Below, in pieces: positions 30,046-39,106 of a stretch of 55,692 nt of DNA; position 1 is the stretch's first letter, and every line of letters starts with the position of its first letter. The translations under genes were made by a program, and so were the position numbers. The stretch is from contig NZ_MWQY01000014.1 in the NCBI RefSeq assembly GCF_002087085.1, positions 62,001 to 117,692 on the forward strand, written 5' to 3'. The notes beneath the pieces were generated by a model. That model saw nothing but the letters and a program-made list of their open reading frames with translations, had not been told where the DNA came from and searched no databases.

Positions 30046-31124
30046 TACTGCAGCTTAAGCGTCGAAAGACTGAGGATCGCAAAAAGACCACCGAGAATCC
30101 AGAAGCGTATCACGACCTTGCTTTCGTCCCATCCTTTCAGTTCAAAATGATGATGCAGCGGGGCCATCTTGAAGACCCGCTTTTTCCTGAACTTGTACGA
30201 AACAACCTGTATTATCACCGACATTGCTTCGAGAACAAAAACTCCGCCTACAATAATCAGGAGGACCTCTTTTTTTATCATCAGGGCAATAACACCCAGC
30301 ACGCCCCCCAGGGCCAGGCTTCCGGTGTCCCCCATGAAGACCTCCGCTGGATGAGCATTGTACCAGAGGAAGCCCACGCTCGCCCCTACAAGGGCAAGGC
30401 AGGGTATGGCGAGCTCCCCACCCTCACGGATGTAGGGTACCAGGAGATACTCAGCGTAGTCGGCACGTCCCGTCAGGTAGGTCAGCAGTGTAAAGGCAAG
30501 CCCGACCAGGATAACAAGACCAATGGCCAGTCCGTCGAGACCGTCGGTAAGATTCACCGCGTTGGATGTAAATACCAGCAGAAGAACAGAAAAAGGAATA
30601 TACAGCAGTCCGAGATCGACCACAGGATGCTTGAAGAAAGGTATATACAGAAGGGTTGTATACTCGGTTCTGTTCATATACAGATAGATGACGACCCCTC
30701 CGGCGATCAGCACCTGCCCCAGCAGCTTTGAGGAGACACTCAAACCGGCGGACGAACCCCTGAGAATCTTCAGGTAATCATCCAGAAAACCGATAAAGGC
30801 AAAGCCCATCAGGGCGGCCAGGGCAATCCAGGTATACATATTATGCAGATCCTGCCACAGCAGAACCGATACAAGAATGGAAACCAGGATAAGCAGTCCG
30901 CCCATTGTGGGAGTTCCGGATTTGACCAGGTGGCTTTCCGGTCCGTCATTGCGAATGGACTGACGGAATTTAAGGCGCCGCAGGAAGCTGATCATTGAGG
31001 GCCCCAGAATAAAGGAGACAAACAGAGCCGTCACAGCGGCGTAGGCCCCGCGGAAGGTTATGTACTGAAAAATGTTGAAGGCGGTTTCAAATTTAACCAG
31101 AGGCAGAAGCAGCTCTTTCAGCAT
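30045..31124 (-). CDS. mraY: Phospho-N-acetylmuramoyl-pentapeptide transferase
   Basis: KSGTPTMGG, NLTDGLDGL, FMGDTGSL, APLHHHFE. Confidence 0.98.
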   Translation of the reverse strand: MLKELLLPLVKFETAFNIFQYITFRGAYAAVTALFVSFILGPSMISFLRRLKFRQSIRNDGPESHLVKSGTPTMGGLLILVSILVSVLLWQDLHNMYTWIALAALMGFAFIGFLDDYLKILRGSSAGLSVSSKLLGQVLIAGGVVIYLYMNRTEYTTLLYIPFFKHPVVDLGLLYIPFSVLLLVFTSNAVNLTDGLDGLAIGLVILVGLAFTLLTYLTGRADYAEYLLVPYIREGGELAIPCLALVGASVGFLWYNAHPAEVFMGDTGSLALGGVLGVIALMIKKEVLLIIVGGVFVLEAMSVIIQVVSYKFRKKRVFKMAPLHHHFELKGWDESKVVIRFWILGGLFAILSLSTLKLQ

Positions 31125-32518
31125 ACCTGCCTCCTGACGGATCCTTCCTGCAAAGCTTCGGCTATACGCTCAAGGCCGAGAGCCCGGGAACCCTTCAGAT
31201 AGACGAGATCCCCGGGACGGACATATTCCAGCAGGTCAGCCTTCAGCTTGACATCCTCGGCACTCCAGAAGGCGGAATTTCCGCCCGCAGCTTTGTACGC
31301 GGAATAGGCATACCGGGCCTCGGGTCCAAGAAAAAACCAGGCGTCGAAACCGCTTGCGGCGCACACCCTGCCCGCCTCTTCGTGCAGCTCCTTCTCCAGG
31401 GAGCCGAGCTCCTTCATGGAACCGAATACGCCGACTCTTCGTCCCCTGGTCCATCCGCTGCTTTTAATCGTATCGAGACCGGCCCTGAGGCTCTCGGGAT
31501 TCGAATTGTAGCAATCCTGGTAAAGGGAAATGTCGCCGGAGATAAATTCACTGCGTCCAAAGGAGGGACTCACCTCTTCAATACCGCGGATAATGGAATT
31601 ATCCTCAGCGCCGCACAACTGGGCCACGGAGATTGCAGCACAGGCATTCATAACGTTATGCTCACCGGGCAGGCGCAGTTTAATCTGCTGTCCCTTGAAA
31701 TGAATGATCGATCCTTCAAGCCCCCTGTACTCGACTTTCTCAACCCCCGGAGTACTGCCGGGCCCAAAGCTGCCGAAGGTTCCGCGTTTGCCCGCCAGAA
31801 GGCGGGAAGCAAAGGGTTCATCTTCCCGGATCAGACCCCGGGAAAGGGAGTCAAAACTCGAGAAAATCCCCCCTTTTTCATCGGCTATCGCTTCCCTGGA
31901 ACCGAACATTCCGATATGGGCGGTTCCGATATTCGTAACCAGAGCGATATTCGGTTTCAGAATAGAAGCAAGAAGGGGTATTTCTCCCTGCCGGTTTGTT
32001 CCGAACTCAAATACACCGAAAAGATGTTCATGTCTAAGGCCAAAAACCGACAGGGGCAGACCTATTTCGGAATTATAATTCCCGGAGGACGCGTAGGTCG
32101 GACGATGATTTCGCAGAATTGAGGCCAGAAGCTCTTTCGTTGTTGTCTTGCCGTTGCTGCCGGTAACAGCGATCTTCAGAACCGAAGAATACCTGTCCAG
32201 ATACCAGCGTGCCAGCTCCTGCAGAGCCGCCAGGGGATCCTTCACAAGGATAAAAGGCCCGGCCTCCCGTATTTCCAGAGGCAACAGTTCCCATTTATCC
32301 ACATCAGCCAGGGCTCCTGCAGCACCTGCTTCAAAAGCGGCCTTCAGGTATGCGTGGCCGTCGGTCTTCTCCCCCGGCAGGGCGACAAAAAGATCCCCTC
32401 CCGCGAGGGTCCTGGTATCGATGGATACCCCGGTAACCGAAGCTCCGCAGGAAGCGCCGACAAAACGTCCCGATACGGCATCCACTGCATTTTCCAGTGT
32501 AAAGAGAGAATCAGCCAT
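31118..32518 (-). CDS. murF: UDP-MurNAc-tripeptide D-Ala-D-Ala ligase
   Basis: TGSNGKTTTK, NSEIGLPL, DCYNSNPES, LKGSR. Confidence 0.96.
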   Translation of the reverse strand: MADSLFTLENAVDAVSGRFVGASCGASVTGVSIDTRTLAGGDLFVALPGEKTDGHAYLKAAFEAGAAGALADVDKWELLPLEIREAGPFILVKDPLAALQELARWYLDRYSSVLKIAVTGSNGKTTTKELLASILRNHRPTYASSGNYNSEIGLPLSVFGLRHEHLFGVFEFGTNRQGEIPLLASILKPNIALVTNIGTAHIGMFGSREAIADEKGGIFSSFDSLSRGLIREDEPFASRLLAGKRGTFGSFGPGSTPGVEKVEYRGLEGSIIHFKGQQIKLRLPGEHNVMNACAAISVAQLCGAEDNSIIRGIEEVSPSFGRSEFISGDISLYQDCYNSNPESLRAGLDTIKSSGWTRGRRVGVFGSMKELGSLEKELHEEAGRVCAASGFDAWFFLGPEARYAYSAYKAAGGNSAFWSAEDVKLKADLLEYVRPGDLVYLKGSRALGLERIAEALQEGSVRRQVC

Positions 32519-32792
32519 CATTCCCCCTTCCGGGAATTCGTACGCGAAGAATATCCTGCTGATCCGTTTTTTCCAGCCCCAGTTCTCTGGCAAGCTCACT
32601 GATTCGTGAGGGGGAAGAGGCGACTGCAATATTGACAATCATGAGTTTGTTTTCTTCAAACAGCTGTTGCTGCTCATCCTGCATCCTGGCAATATAGCGC
32701 TCTGCTTCCCAGAAACGGAATCCCTGCCAGATATTCAGAAAAAGCAGCGCCGGAACAGAAAACAACATAAAAACCACAAGTAAACGCTTCAT
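32511..32792 (-). CDS. ftsL: Cell division protein FtsL
   Basis: TM plus coiled coil, SPSRISELARELGL; follows rsmH. Confidence 0.85.
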   Translation of the reverse strand: MKRLLVVFMLFSVPALLFLNIWQGFRFWEAERYIARMQDEQQQLFEENKLMIVNIAVASSPSRISELARELGLEKTDQQDILRVRIPGRGNDG

Positions 32793-32794
32793 AC

Positions 32795-33742
32795 CTATTC
32801 CCACTCTTTCATTTTCCGGGCAACGCGAAATTTCGCGCTTCTGGACGGGGGATTATTGTGCTTTTCTTCCTCATCGGGAACAAGCGGCTTTTTGGTAAGA
32901 ATAGAAACAATCGGTTCCCCCTCACATTTACACATCGGCCAATCTTCAGGACAAGTACAGGTCTTATTCTTGCCCAGAAAGAAATGTTTCACAATCCTGT
33001 CTTCCAGACTGTGAAAGGAGATTACGCCCATTCTTCCTCCCGGAGCGAGTATACGCAGGGCATATTCCAGGGCCTGTTCCAGGCGGGCCAGCTCACCGTT
33101 CACCGCGATCCGTAAAGCCTGAAAGCAACGCGTGGCGGGGTGGATTCTTCCCCGGCGGTATTTGTCGGGTACAGCCTTCCAGATAACCTCTTCCAGGGCC
33201 TTACTGCTGGCAAGAGGTTTTACCGCGCGGGCCCGGACCACCGCCGCGGCAATTCGCCGGGAATACCGTTCTTCACCGTAGTGATAGAGGATATTCGCCA
33301 GCTGCTCTTCCGGATATTCATTTACAATATCCGCGGCGGTGGTCTCGAGACTCGTATCGAGCCTCATATCAAGAGGCTCGTCTGCACGGAAGGTAAATCC
33401 TCTTTCTCCCTTTTCAAAATGGAAGACGGAAATACCCAGATCAAAGAGTATAAGGTTCGGACGTTCCCCTCCCAGTGGATAGTCCTTGAAAAACAGATTA
33501 AACCAGGTATTGAAAAAACGAACCCTGGGCGCATAGGGGGCAAGCCGTTTTCTGGCAATGTCCTGAATAGCAGAATCGGCATCAAGGCCGACAACCTTCA
33601 GGTCCGGATACTTCTGCAGGAAAAGTTCAGAATGCCCCCCCTCGCCCATCGTACAATCGACGAGCAGGGCATCATTCTTTTCCGGCGCAAGATATTCCAG
33701 AACCTCTCTGCTCATTACCGGAACATGCACAATATCCGTCAT
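32795..33742 (-). CDS. rsmH: 16S rRNA m4C1402 methyltransferase
   Basis: HVPVM, DCTMGEGGHS, FQALRIAVN, SFHSLEDR, SRSAKFR. Confidence 0.97.
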   Translation of the reverse strand: MTDIVHVPVMSREVLEYLAPEKNDALLVDCTMGEGGHSELFLQKYPDLKVVGLDADSAIQDIARKRLAPYAPRVRFFNTWFNLFFKDYPLGGERPNLILFDLGISVFHFEKGERGFTFRADEPLDMRLDTSLETTAADIVNEYPEEQLANILYHYGEERYSRRIAAAVVRARAVKPLASSKALEEVIWKAVPDKYRRGRIHPATRCFQALRIAVNGELARLEQALEYALRILAPGGRMGVISFHSLEDRIVKHFFLGKNKTCTCPEDWPMCKCEGEPIVSILTKKPLVPDEEEKHNNPPSRSAKFRVARKMKEWE

Positions 33743-33763
33743 CCCCATTCCTTGCTCAAAAAT

Positions 33764-34204
33764 TTAGAGGGAAAGTATTTTTCCCAGCTCCTCGGCGGCT
33801 GCCATGAACTCTTCTTCGTTGGATTCGAGATCTTCCTGGTAGGAAGATTCGTTCCATATTTCCATATAGTTTTCCAGCCCGAGGATTATCGTCTCCTTGT
33901 TCAGATCAGCATACTCCCGCAGGGTCGGAGGAATTGTGATCCTGCCCGCTTTGTCTATTTCCACTTCCTGGGCAGGAGCAATGATGCGGCGCTTCAGGAT
34001 ACGCGCCCTTTTCTGAAAAAGGGAAGTCGACTGGGTAAGCTGTTCAGCCAGAGACTTCCACTGTTCAAGAGGAAAAAGCCAGAGACAGGTTTCGACCCCC
34101 CGGGTCAGCACGAGGCGCTCCCCTTCGAGATCCGTCCGGAGTTTGGACGGGATCAGAAGTCGTCCCTTGTCGTCCAGGGAGTTTTTATATTCCCCGGTAA
34201 TCAC
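33764..34204 (-). CDS. mraZ: Transcriptional regulator MraZ
   Basis: Two DxxGR motifs (DDKGR, DKAGR); first gene of the dcw cluster; GTG start. Confidence 0.97.
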   Translation of the reverse strand: MITGEYKNSLDDKGRLLIPSKLRTDLEGERLVLTRGVETCLWLFPLEQWKSLAEQLTQSTSLFQKRARILKRRIIAPAQEVEIDKAGRITIPPTLREYADLNKETIILGLENYMEIWNESSYQEDLESNEEEFMAAAEELGKILSL

Positions 34205-34211
34205 CCTGGCC

Positions 34212-34247
34212 TACCACTTTTCTCTACAATCTCCCACTTTTCCCCAC
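34212..34247 (-). promoter_or_regulatory. MraZ-binding repeats (4 copies, 10-bp period)
   Basis: Minus strand GTGGGG-aaaa-GTGGGA-gatt-GTAGAG-aaaa-GTGGTA directly upstream of mraZ. Confidence 0.85.
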
Positions 34248-34258
34248 ACATAGTAACA

Positions 34259-34286
34259 ATACTACCTCACCAGCCAAAATTGTCAA
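34259..34286 (-). promoter_or_regulatory. Sigma70 promoter of the dcw cluster
   Basis: TTGACA-N16-TAGTAT immediately upstream of the MraZ repeats. Confidence 0.65.
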
Positions 34287-34303
34287 CGTCAATTCTTTTT
34301 AAT

Positions 34304-34331
34304 TAAAGTATTTGCGAAGAGATGCCGATAC
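34304..34331 (+). promoter_or_regulatory. Sigma28 (FliA)-type promoter for the DUF1820 gene pair
   Basis: TAAA-N16-GCCGATAC, one mismatch from consensus, 69 nt upstream of the GTG at 34401. Confidence 0.7.
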
Positions 34332-34400
34332 TATCAGCTTTACGTTTGTGTAGTAGCAAAAGATTTGCAGCTGGGTAATCATTGATCCGGAGGAATCATT

Positions 34401-34697
34401 GTGTCGATTTACCGGGTCCATTTTTCCTGGAAAGGCAAGGAAGTAAGCCTGAAAGCCCGCAGTCTGGATCTGACCCACCCCTACTTTGTTTCAATCAAGG
34501 ATCTGATTCTGCCGAAGAACAGCAGCCTCATTATCAACCCCGCGGAAGACGATTTTCGCAAGGAGTTCTCCGAGGCGAAGCACATTATGTTGCCCTTTCA
34601 AAGCGTCTCCCTGATTGAGGAACTGCCCGAAGAGAACGCCGAAGGACCAAAGACCCTGAATTTCGTAAAAAAAGAGGAAGAGGACAAACCTGAATGA
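34401..34697 (+). CDS. DUF1820-family protein
   Basis: GGAGG RBS, GTG start; IYRVHF...LIINPAEDDFRKEF...IMLPFQSVSLIEE resembles the DUF1820 pattern (recalled). Confidence 0.7.
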   Translation: MSIYRVHFSWKGKEVSLKARSLDLTHPYFVSIKDLILPKNSSLIINPAEDDFRKEFSEAKHIMLPFQSVSLIEELPEENAEGPKTLNFVKKEEEDKPE

Positions 34698-34945
34698 CCC
34701 TGCAGGAGTATTATATTGTCTATCCCGACGGAGACCGGCAGGAAATCGAATTCCCCCTTCGGGTCAACCAGGTTGTAGACCTGAACGGAAGACCTCTCCG
34801 ACCATCATGGCCGGCGCCGAGGATAATTGCCTACCGTATCTGCAAGGTGCGAACCACCGAGGAACGGGGCTTTTTGCGACGGTTCTATTATGCTGAACTC
34901 ATGACTATGGAACAGCTTGAATCCTATGCCCGGCATGGAGAGTAA
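34694..34945 (+). CDS. Small hypothetical protein (83 aa)
   Basis: ATGA overlap with the DUF1820 gene; fills the gap to the convergent GH57 gene. Confidence 0.7.
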   Translation: MTLQEYYIVYPDGDRQEIEFPLRVNQVVDLNGRPLRPSWPAPRIIAYRICKVRTTEERGFLRRFYYAELMTMEQLESYARHGE

Positions 34946-34957
34946 AAGCCCTTTTTT

Positions 34958-36547
34958 TCAGCCGTTTTCCTTGAATATTCTATAATCAATATCCGGAAAA
35001 ACATTGTTCTTTTTTTCGATTCCGGTTACCCATTCGGTATCCACGGTGTTACGGCACAGGTTGTCGTATATGCGATTGAAGTTATACAGGTGTTCCTTTA
35101 TGCGCTTCTCCGCGTAGGGAATCGTTGTACCGGTCTTGATAATAAATGGCCAGTCCGAAGCCTGGCTCAGAAGCACCTCCCGGGCTGCCTGATTCAGAAC
35201 CCGCAGCTTGAGTCCGGACTCAGCAGGGTAACGCTTCACCAGGTCCTTCATCCGCTCTATGGCCTTGTGAACGTGCCGGTATATCCAGTCATTGCTGCCG
35301 TCGATCCATACCTCGGCGTATCCCTTGTTTCCCCAGCTGGAGAAGGTCGGTTCACCCCTGGGATTATCAGGGTAAACTTCAAGATAATCGCTGGGGGTAA
35401 GCATTTCAAGGCCGTCACCGGATTCAGCCATCAAACGAATCAGAGATTCAAGCCACTGTGGCCCTTCAAACCACCAGTGACCAAAAAGTTCCGCATCGTA
35501 GGGACAGACGATAACCGGAGGTCGGTCCATAAAACGCGACAGTTTGTCCGCCTGTTTTACCCTGTTGTAGAGAAAGTTCTCCGCGTGATCCTGGGCCTTC
35601 GCCGCTGCCACCCCGGGATCGTAGGGGCGCTTTTTATCAGTCTTTCCCGTAATCGCATAGTACTTGAAGCCTGTATATACGCGGATATCATCATCATGAA
35701 TATAGGGCCGGATATAATCCATGGGCAGATCGAAGCCGATGTCCCGGTAAAACTCGCGATACGCGAAGTCTCCGGGATACCCCTCCTCTTCTGACCAGAC
35801 CGCCCGGGAGGACGGAATATCCCGACCGAAAAGGGGAAGTCCGTTCCGGCATTCCATGGGAGCATAGATGCCGTAGGGGGACTTGGTATCGGAGAAAAGA
35901 ATACCGTGGGGTGAAGCTATGCTGTAGTTCAGGTTGTACTGTTTGATGATCCGCTCGACTCCGGGATAATAACCGCATTCGGGCAGCCAGAATCCTTTTG
36001 GGGCGGTACCGAAAAGCCGCCCGTGATTTATTACCGCCGTATGGATCTGGGCCTCCACGGCTTCCGGGTACTCCTCGAAGAGGGGCAGAAAGGCGTGAGT
36101 CGCTGCAGTGGTAATAAGCTCTATATGCCCTGATTTTTCCAGCTCCCGTATTCCCCTGAGAATGTTGTTCTTGTACAGAACAGTAAAATCCTGATAATTC
36201 TGATCCAGCAGCTCTTTGTACATCCTCACCACAGGACGAAACTGCTCGTCATCCCGGGTGCGCAGAAGCTCCTTGCTGGCCAGCTCGAGCTGCTTTTCCA
36301 GATGACCCACATACCGTTTCTGCAGGAGTTCGTCATTCAGCATGCTCGCAAGAGTCGGAGATACCGAGAGGGTTATCCTGAAGGGGATTCCCTCTTCCTT
36401 CAATGCGAAAAACCGGCGAAGCAGGGGAAGATAGGTTTCCGATATAGCCTCAAAAAGCCAGTTTTCCTCAAGAAAGTGTGCATACTCCGGATGGCGCACA
36501 AAAGGCAAATGGGCATGTAAAACAAAACTGAGATATCCTCTCGGCAT
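34958..36547 (-). CDS. GH57 (DUF1957) 1,4-alpha-glucan branching enzyme
   Basis: LHAHLP, ETYLPL, WLPECGY (nucleophile Glu), PYDAELFGHWWFEG (acid/base Asp), QASDWPF. Confidence 0.92.
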   Translation of the reverse strand: MPRGYLSFVLHAHLPFVRHPEYAHFLEENWLFEAISETYLPLLRRFFALKEEGIPFRITLSVSPTLASMLNDELLQKRYVGHLEKQLELASKELLRTRDDEQFRPVVRMYKELLDQNYQDFTVLYKNNILRGIRELEKSGHIELITTAATHAFLPLFEEYPEAVEAQIHTAVINHGRLFGTAPKGFWLPECGYYPGVERIIKQYNLNYSIASPHGILFSDTKSPYGIYAPMECRNGLPLFGRDIPSSRAVWSEEEGYPGDFAYREFYRDIGFDLPMDYIRPYIHDDDIRVYTGFKYYAITGKTDKKRPYDPGVAAAKAQDHAENFLYNRVKQADKLSRFMDRPPVIVCPYDAELFGHWWFEGPQWLESLIRLMAESGDGLEMLTPSDYLEVYPDNPRGEPTFSSWGNKGYAEVWIDGSNDWIYRHVHKAIERMKDLVKRYPAESGLKLRVLNQAAREVLLSQASDWPFIIKTGTTIPYAEKRIKEHLYNFNRIYDNLCRNTVDTEWVTGIEKKNNVFPDIDYRIFKENG

Positions 36548-36557
36548 AAAAATCCTC

Positions 36558-37292
36558 TTAATTAGTCAGATGTACGTACTGGCTGTCTATCAGTGAGATT
36601 ATTCTCTGAGGAATCTCATCTTTCTCATCGGCGATGTTTACATCAAAGAGTCCCGACAGAAAAAGGGTTTCAAGCAGCGGATTGTCGGCGGACTTCATCT
36701 CTTCCTGAACATCTCCCCGGGGACTGGAAATTATATTCGATCTGCATAATCGCTTTATGGATCCCTTGGTAATCGAAACCAGGTCGATGCAGTAACGGAT
36801 TCCGCTCTGGGGCAGGTTGATGTACCAGCAGTCGTCGGAAAGCGAGACGGGAATGTCAAAATAGTCACTGAAACTCTTGATCGTCAGTTCACCGTCAGGG
36901 AGGGTATACACACGGAGGAAAAGCTCCGTAAGCCCCTCGGAGCGCTTTATTTCAGCAGCCTCGGAAGGGAATATCTCCCAGTAACAGAAAGCCCAGTAAG
37001 GATCCCTGAGCATCAGAAAAATTTTCGTTTCGTTATAGCTTTGAGGAATCGGATACTCATTGTCATCCGAAATAAAGATATCTTCATCCTGAACGACCTC
37101 GTATTTCTTTTCCTTTATCCGCATTGCAAGATTATTTAAAACCTCGCGATCCACACGGTCCTCGTCAAGGGCCTCGATAATCTGCTCGACGAGTTCTTCC
37201 CTCCCCGTTTCAGGAGAAAAATGAACTCCTTCTTTGCGTGCAAGCTCCCGGATTATCTCGTCGGAGAGTCCTAAAAGACGCTCTTTGGTCAT
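36558..37292 (-). CDS. DUF4912-domain protein with N-terminal Rho_N/HeH-like helices
   Basis: YNETKIFLMLRDPYWAFCYWEI...WYINLP...RSN pattern; directly upstream of GH57. Confidence 0.8.
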   Translation of the reverse strand: MTKERLLGLSDEIIRELARKEGVHFSPETGREELVEQIIEALDEDRVDREVLNNLAMRIKEKKYEVVQDEDIFISDDNEYPIPQSYNETKIFLMLRDPYWAFCYWEIFPSEAAEIKRSEGLTELFLRVYTLPDGELTIKSFSDYFDIPVSLSDDCWYINLPQSGIRYCIDLVSITKGSIKRLCRSNIISSPRGDVQEEMKSADNPLLETLFLSGLFDVNIADEKDEIPQRIISLIDSQYVHLTN

Positions 37293-37318
37293 GCATTCCT
37301 CCCACGAAGCATTTTGAA

Positions 37319-37347
37319 AGTCTAGAAAAAAGAGAAATTCCTGTCAA
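37319..37347 (-). promoter_or_regulatory. Sigma70 promoter for DUF4912-GH57
   Basis: TTGACA-N17-TAGACT. Confidence 0.7.
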
Positions 37348-37378
37348 GTACCGAAACAGCGGGTCCAGCTCCAGCTGT

Positions 37379-38224
37379 TCAGCCCTCCCCGGATAAAGGT
37401 TTGCGGGCCAGGAGAATCATTACGTCCCCCTGATTCAGAAATTTACATGCCCTGTCGGCGATTCTCTTGAGAGGTGCCGGAGCCGTCCCGACAGCAAGGC
37501 CTCCCCAGGAACGCCGCTTCTCCACGCTGAAACCCTTGTCTTCAAGCAGGCGCCGGAGGGTGGTCCTGGAAAAAAGTACCATGTGATCATGTATAGCAGA
37601 GCGCCAGCCTTCTCCGAAGAGACGAGCCTGCATGCCCTGAATGTCCGGAGTCGTCACAAGGAAGATCCCCCCGGGAACAAGAATACGACGGACCTCATCA
37701 ACGAAGGCCGCAGGATCGGTCAGATGCTCAATCAGGTGACTGCAGTGAACGACTCCGAAGCTCTCATCCCGGAAAGCCGCCTCCTCAAGGGTGCCGATAA
37801 AGATGCTGACCCCCCGTTTTTCTATTCCGTAGCGGGCCGAAGGAGCACATATTTCGACCCCTTGTTCCGAAAAACCCAGCTCCTTTACGTGGGCTATCAG
37901 CTTTCCGGTCGCACAGCCTACATCCAGGAAGCTTCGGGGAAGATCCCCCGCAAGCTCGGGGAACCCGATATCCTCGAGTCCCATGAGCATAAGAGAGAAG
38001 AAATTCTCCTCATTTTCACGTTCATATTCAAAGTATTCATCGTCATAGCGCTGCGCCAGATCCTCAAGCATCGGCTGCGGGTTCTGATACACCAGCCCGC
38101 AGCGGCCACAGGTCACAAAGCCCATACTCCCTGACCAGCGGGGACTGCTCTCCGGGTATCCGCACACAGGACATTCTATGAGCCTCTTTTTTTCTTCTCC
38201 GGGAGACATGGAAAAGGTCTTCAT
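37379..38224 (-). CDS. Class I SAM-dependent methyltransferase with N-terminal CxxC...CxxC
   Basis: CPVCG/CGRCG, FLDVGCATG, HLIEHLTDP, LVPGG; TAATG coupling to the M23 gene. Confidence 0.88.
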   Translation of the reverse strand: MKTFSMSPGEEKKRLIECPVCGYPESSPRWSGSMGFVTCGRCGLVYQNPQPMLEDLAQRYDDEYFEYERENEENFFSLMLMGLEDIGFPELAGDLPRSFLDVGCATGKLIAHVKELGFSEQGVEICAPSARYGIEKRGVSIFIGTLEEAAFRDESFGVVHCSHLIEHLTDPAAFVDEVRRILVPGGIFLVTTPDIQGMQARLFGEGWRSAIHDHMVLFSRTTLRRLLEDKGFSVEKRRSWGGLAVGTAPAPLKRIADRACKFLNQGDVMILLARKPLSGEG

Positions 38225-39105
38225 TACCGGACCGCCAAAGCCTTCTGAAATACGGTCTCGTTGCCGGCATAATCCGCTACAACGATTTCAAAACGCGTCT
38301 CACCGGGATTCAGATTGATCTCTCCGAGACTTATCCTGGTTTCACTGATATACATGGTGTCGTGGGAAAATCCCGGGGTATTCAGCAGATAATGGGTACC
38401 ATCCCTGATGGAAAGGAATTCATAGGTCATGTATACCGATTCTGAACCGTTCATGTAAACGGTAACCCTGAAAGGCGCCATGGGCCAGTAATAGGAGTGC
38501 TCACTCTGATCATGCATCTCAAGCCTGAGATCCCAGCGCCCTGAAGCGACGGGTTCACTCCTCTCATCCAGAGCAATCTCCTCCTGTCCCCGTACCAGGA
38601 AAACTCCGCTTATGTTCGGGTGAGTGGTATCTATCAGGGGAGGCAGAATCAAAAGGGGATTGACGATATTATCCGTATCCGAATCTATCACCGAAAGATG
38701 CAGGTGTACTCCGAGGGAGCTTCCACTCTCCCCCATCACCCCCAGAGGAACCGCAGGGTCAAGCTGATAGTTCCGGGCGTCCTCGGTACTCTCCTGTAAA
38801 TGGGCATACAGGGAACGCACCCCCCCTGTATGCTCGGCTACAACAAAGTTCCCCATACCGGAAGGAACACGCGAGGCCGGTGCCGATTCTTCGTAGAAGA
38901 AGATAAGCTCTCCCTGATCGACAGGATAGATCTCCTGTTCGCCGCCTCCAAGATCAATACCGGAATGGAAATGGTCTCCCCGGTCTTCACCGAAGGTACC
39001 CGTAAGGAGGATATTTTTTACCGGCCACTGATAATCCAGTGAAAAGAGGATCAGGGGGCAAAGAATCAACAGAGCAGAAACCGCAGACCTTTTTAACCGG
39101 ACCAT
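38224..39105 (-). CDS. Secreted M23-family metallopeptidase
   Basis: Signal peptide, HSGID (HxxxD), YAHL and HLH zinc motifs. Confidence 0.87.
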   Translation of the reverse strand: MVRLKRSAVSALLILCPLILFSLDYQWPVKNILLTGTFGEDRGDHFHSGIDLGGGEQEIYPVDQGELIFFYEESAPASRVPSGMGNFVVAEHTGGVRSLYAHLQESTEDARNYQLDPAVPLGVMGESGSSLGVHLHLSVIDSDTDNIVNPLLILPPLIDTTHPNISGVFLVRGQEEIALDERSEPVASGRWDLRLEMHDQSEHSYYWPMAPFRVTVYMNGSESVYMTYEFLSIRDGTHYLLNTPGFSHDTMYISETRISLGEINLNPGETRFEIVVADYAGNETVFQKALAVR

Positions 39106-39106
39106 A

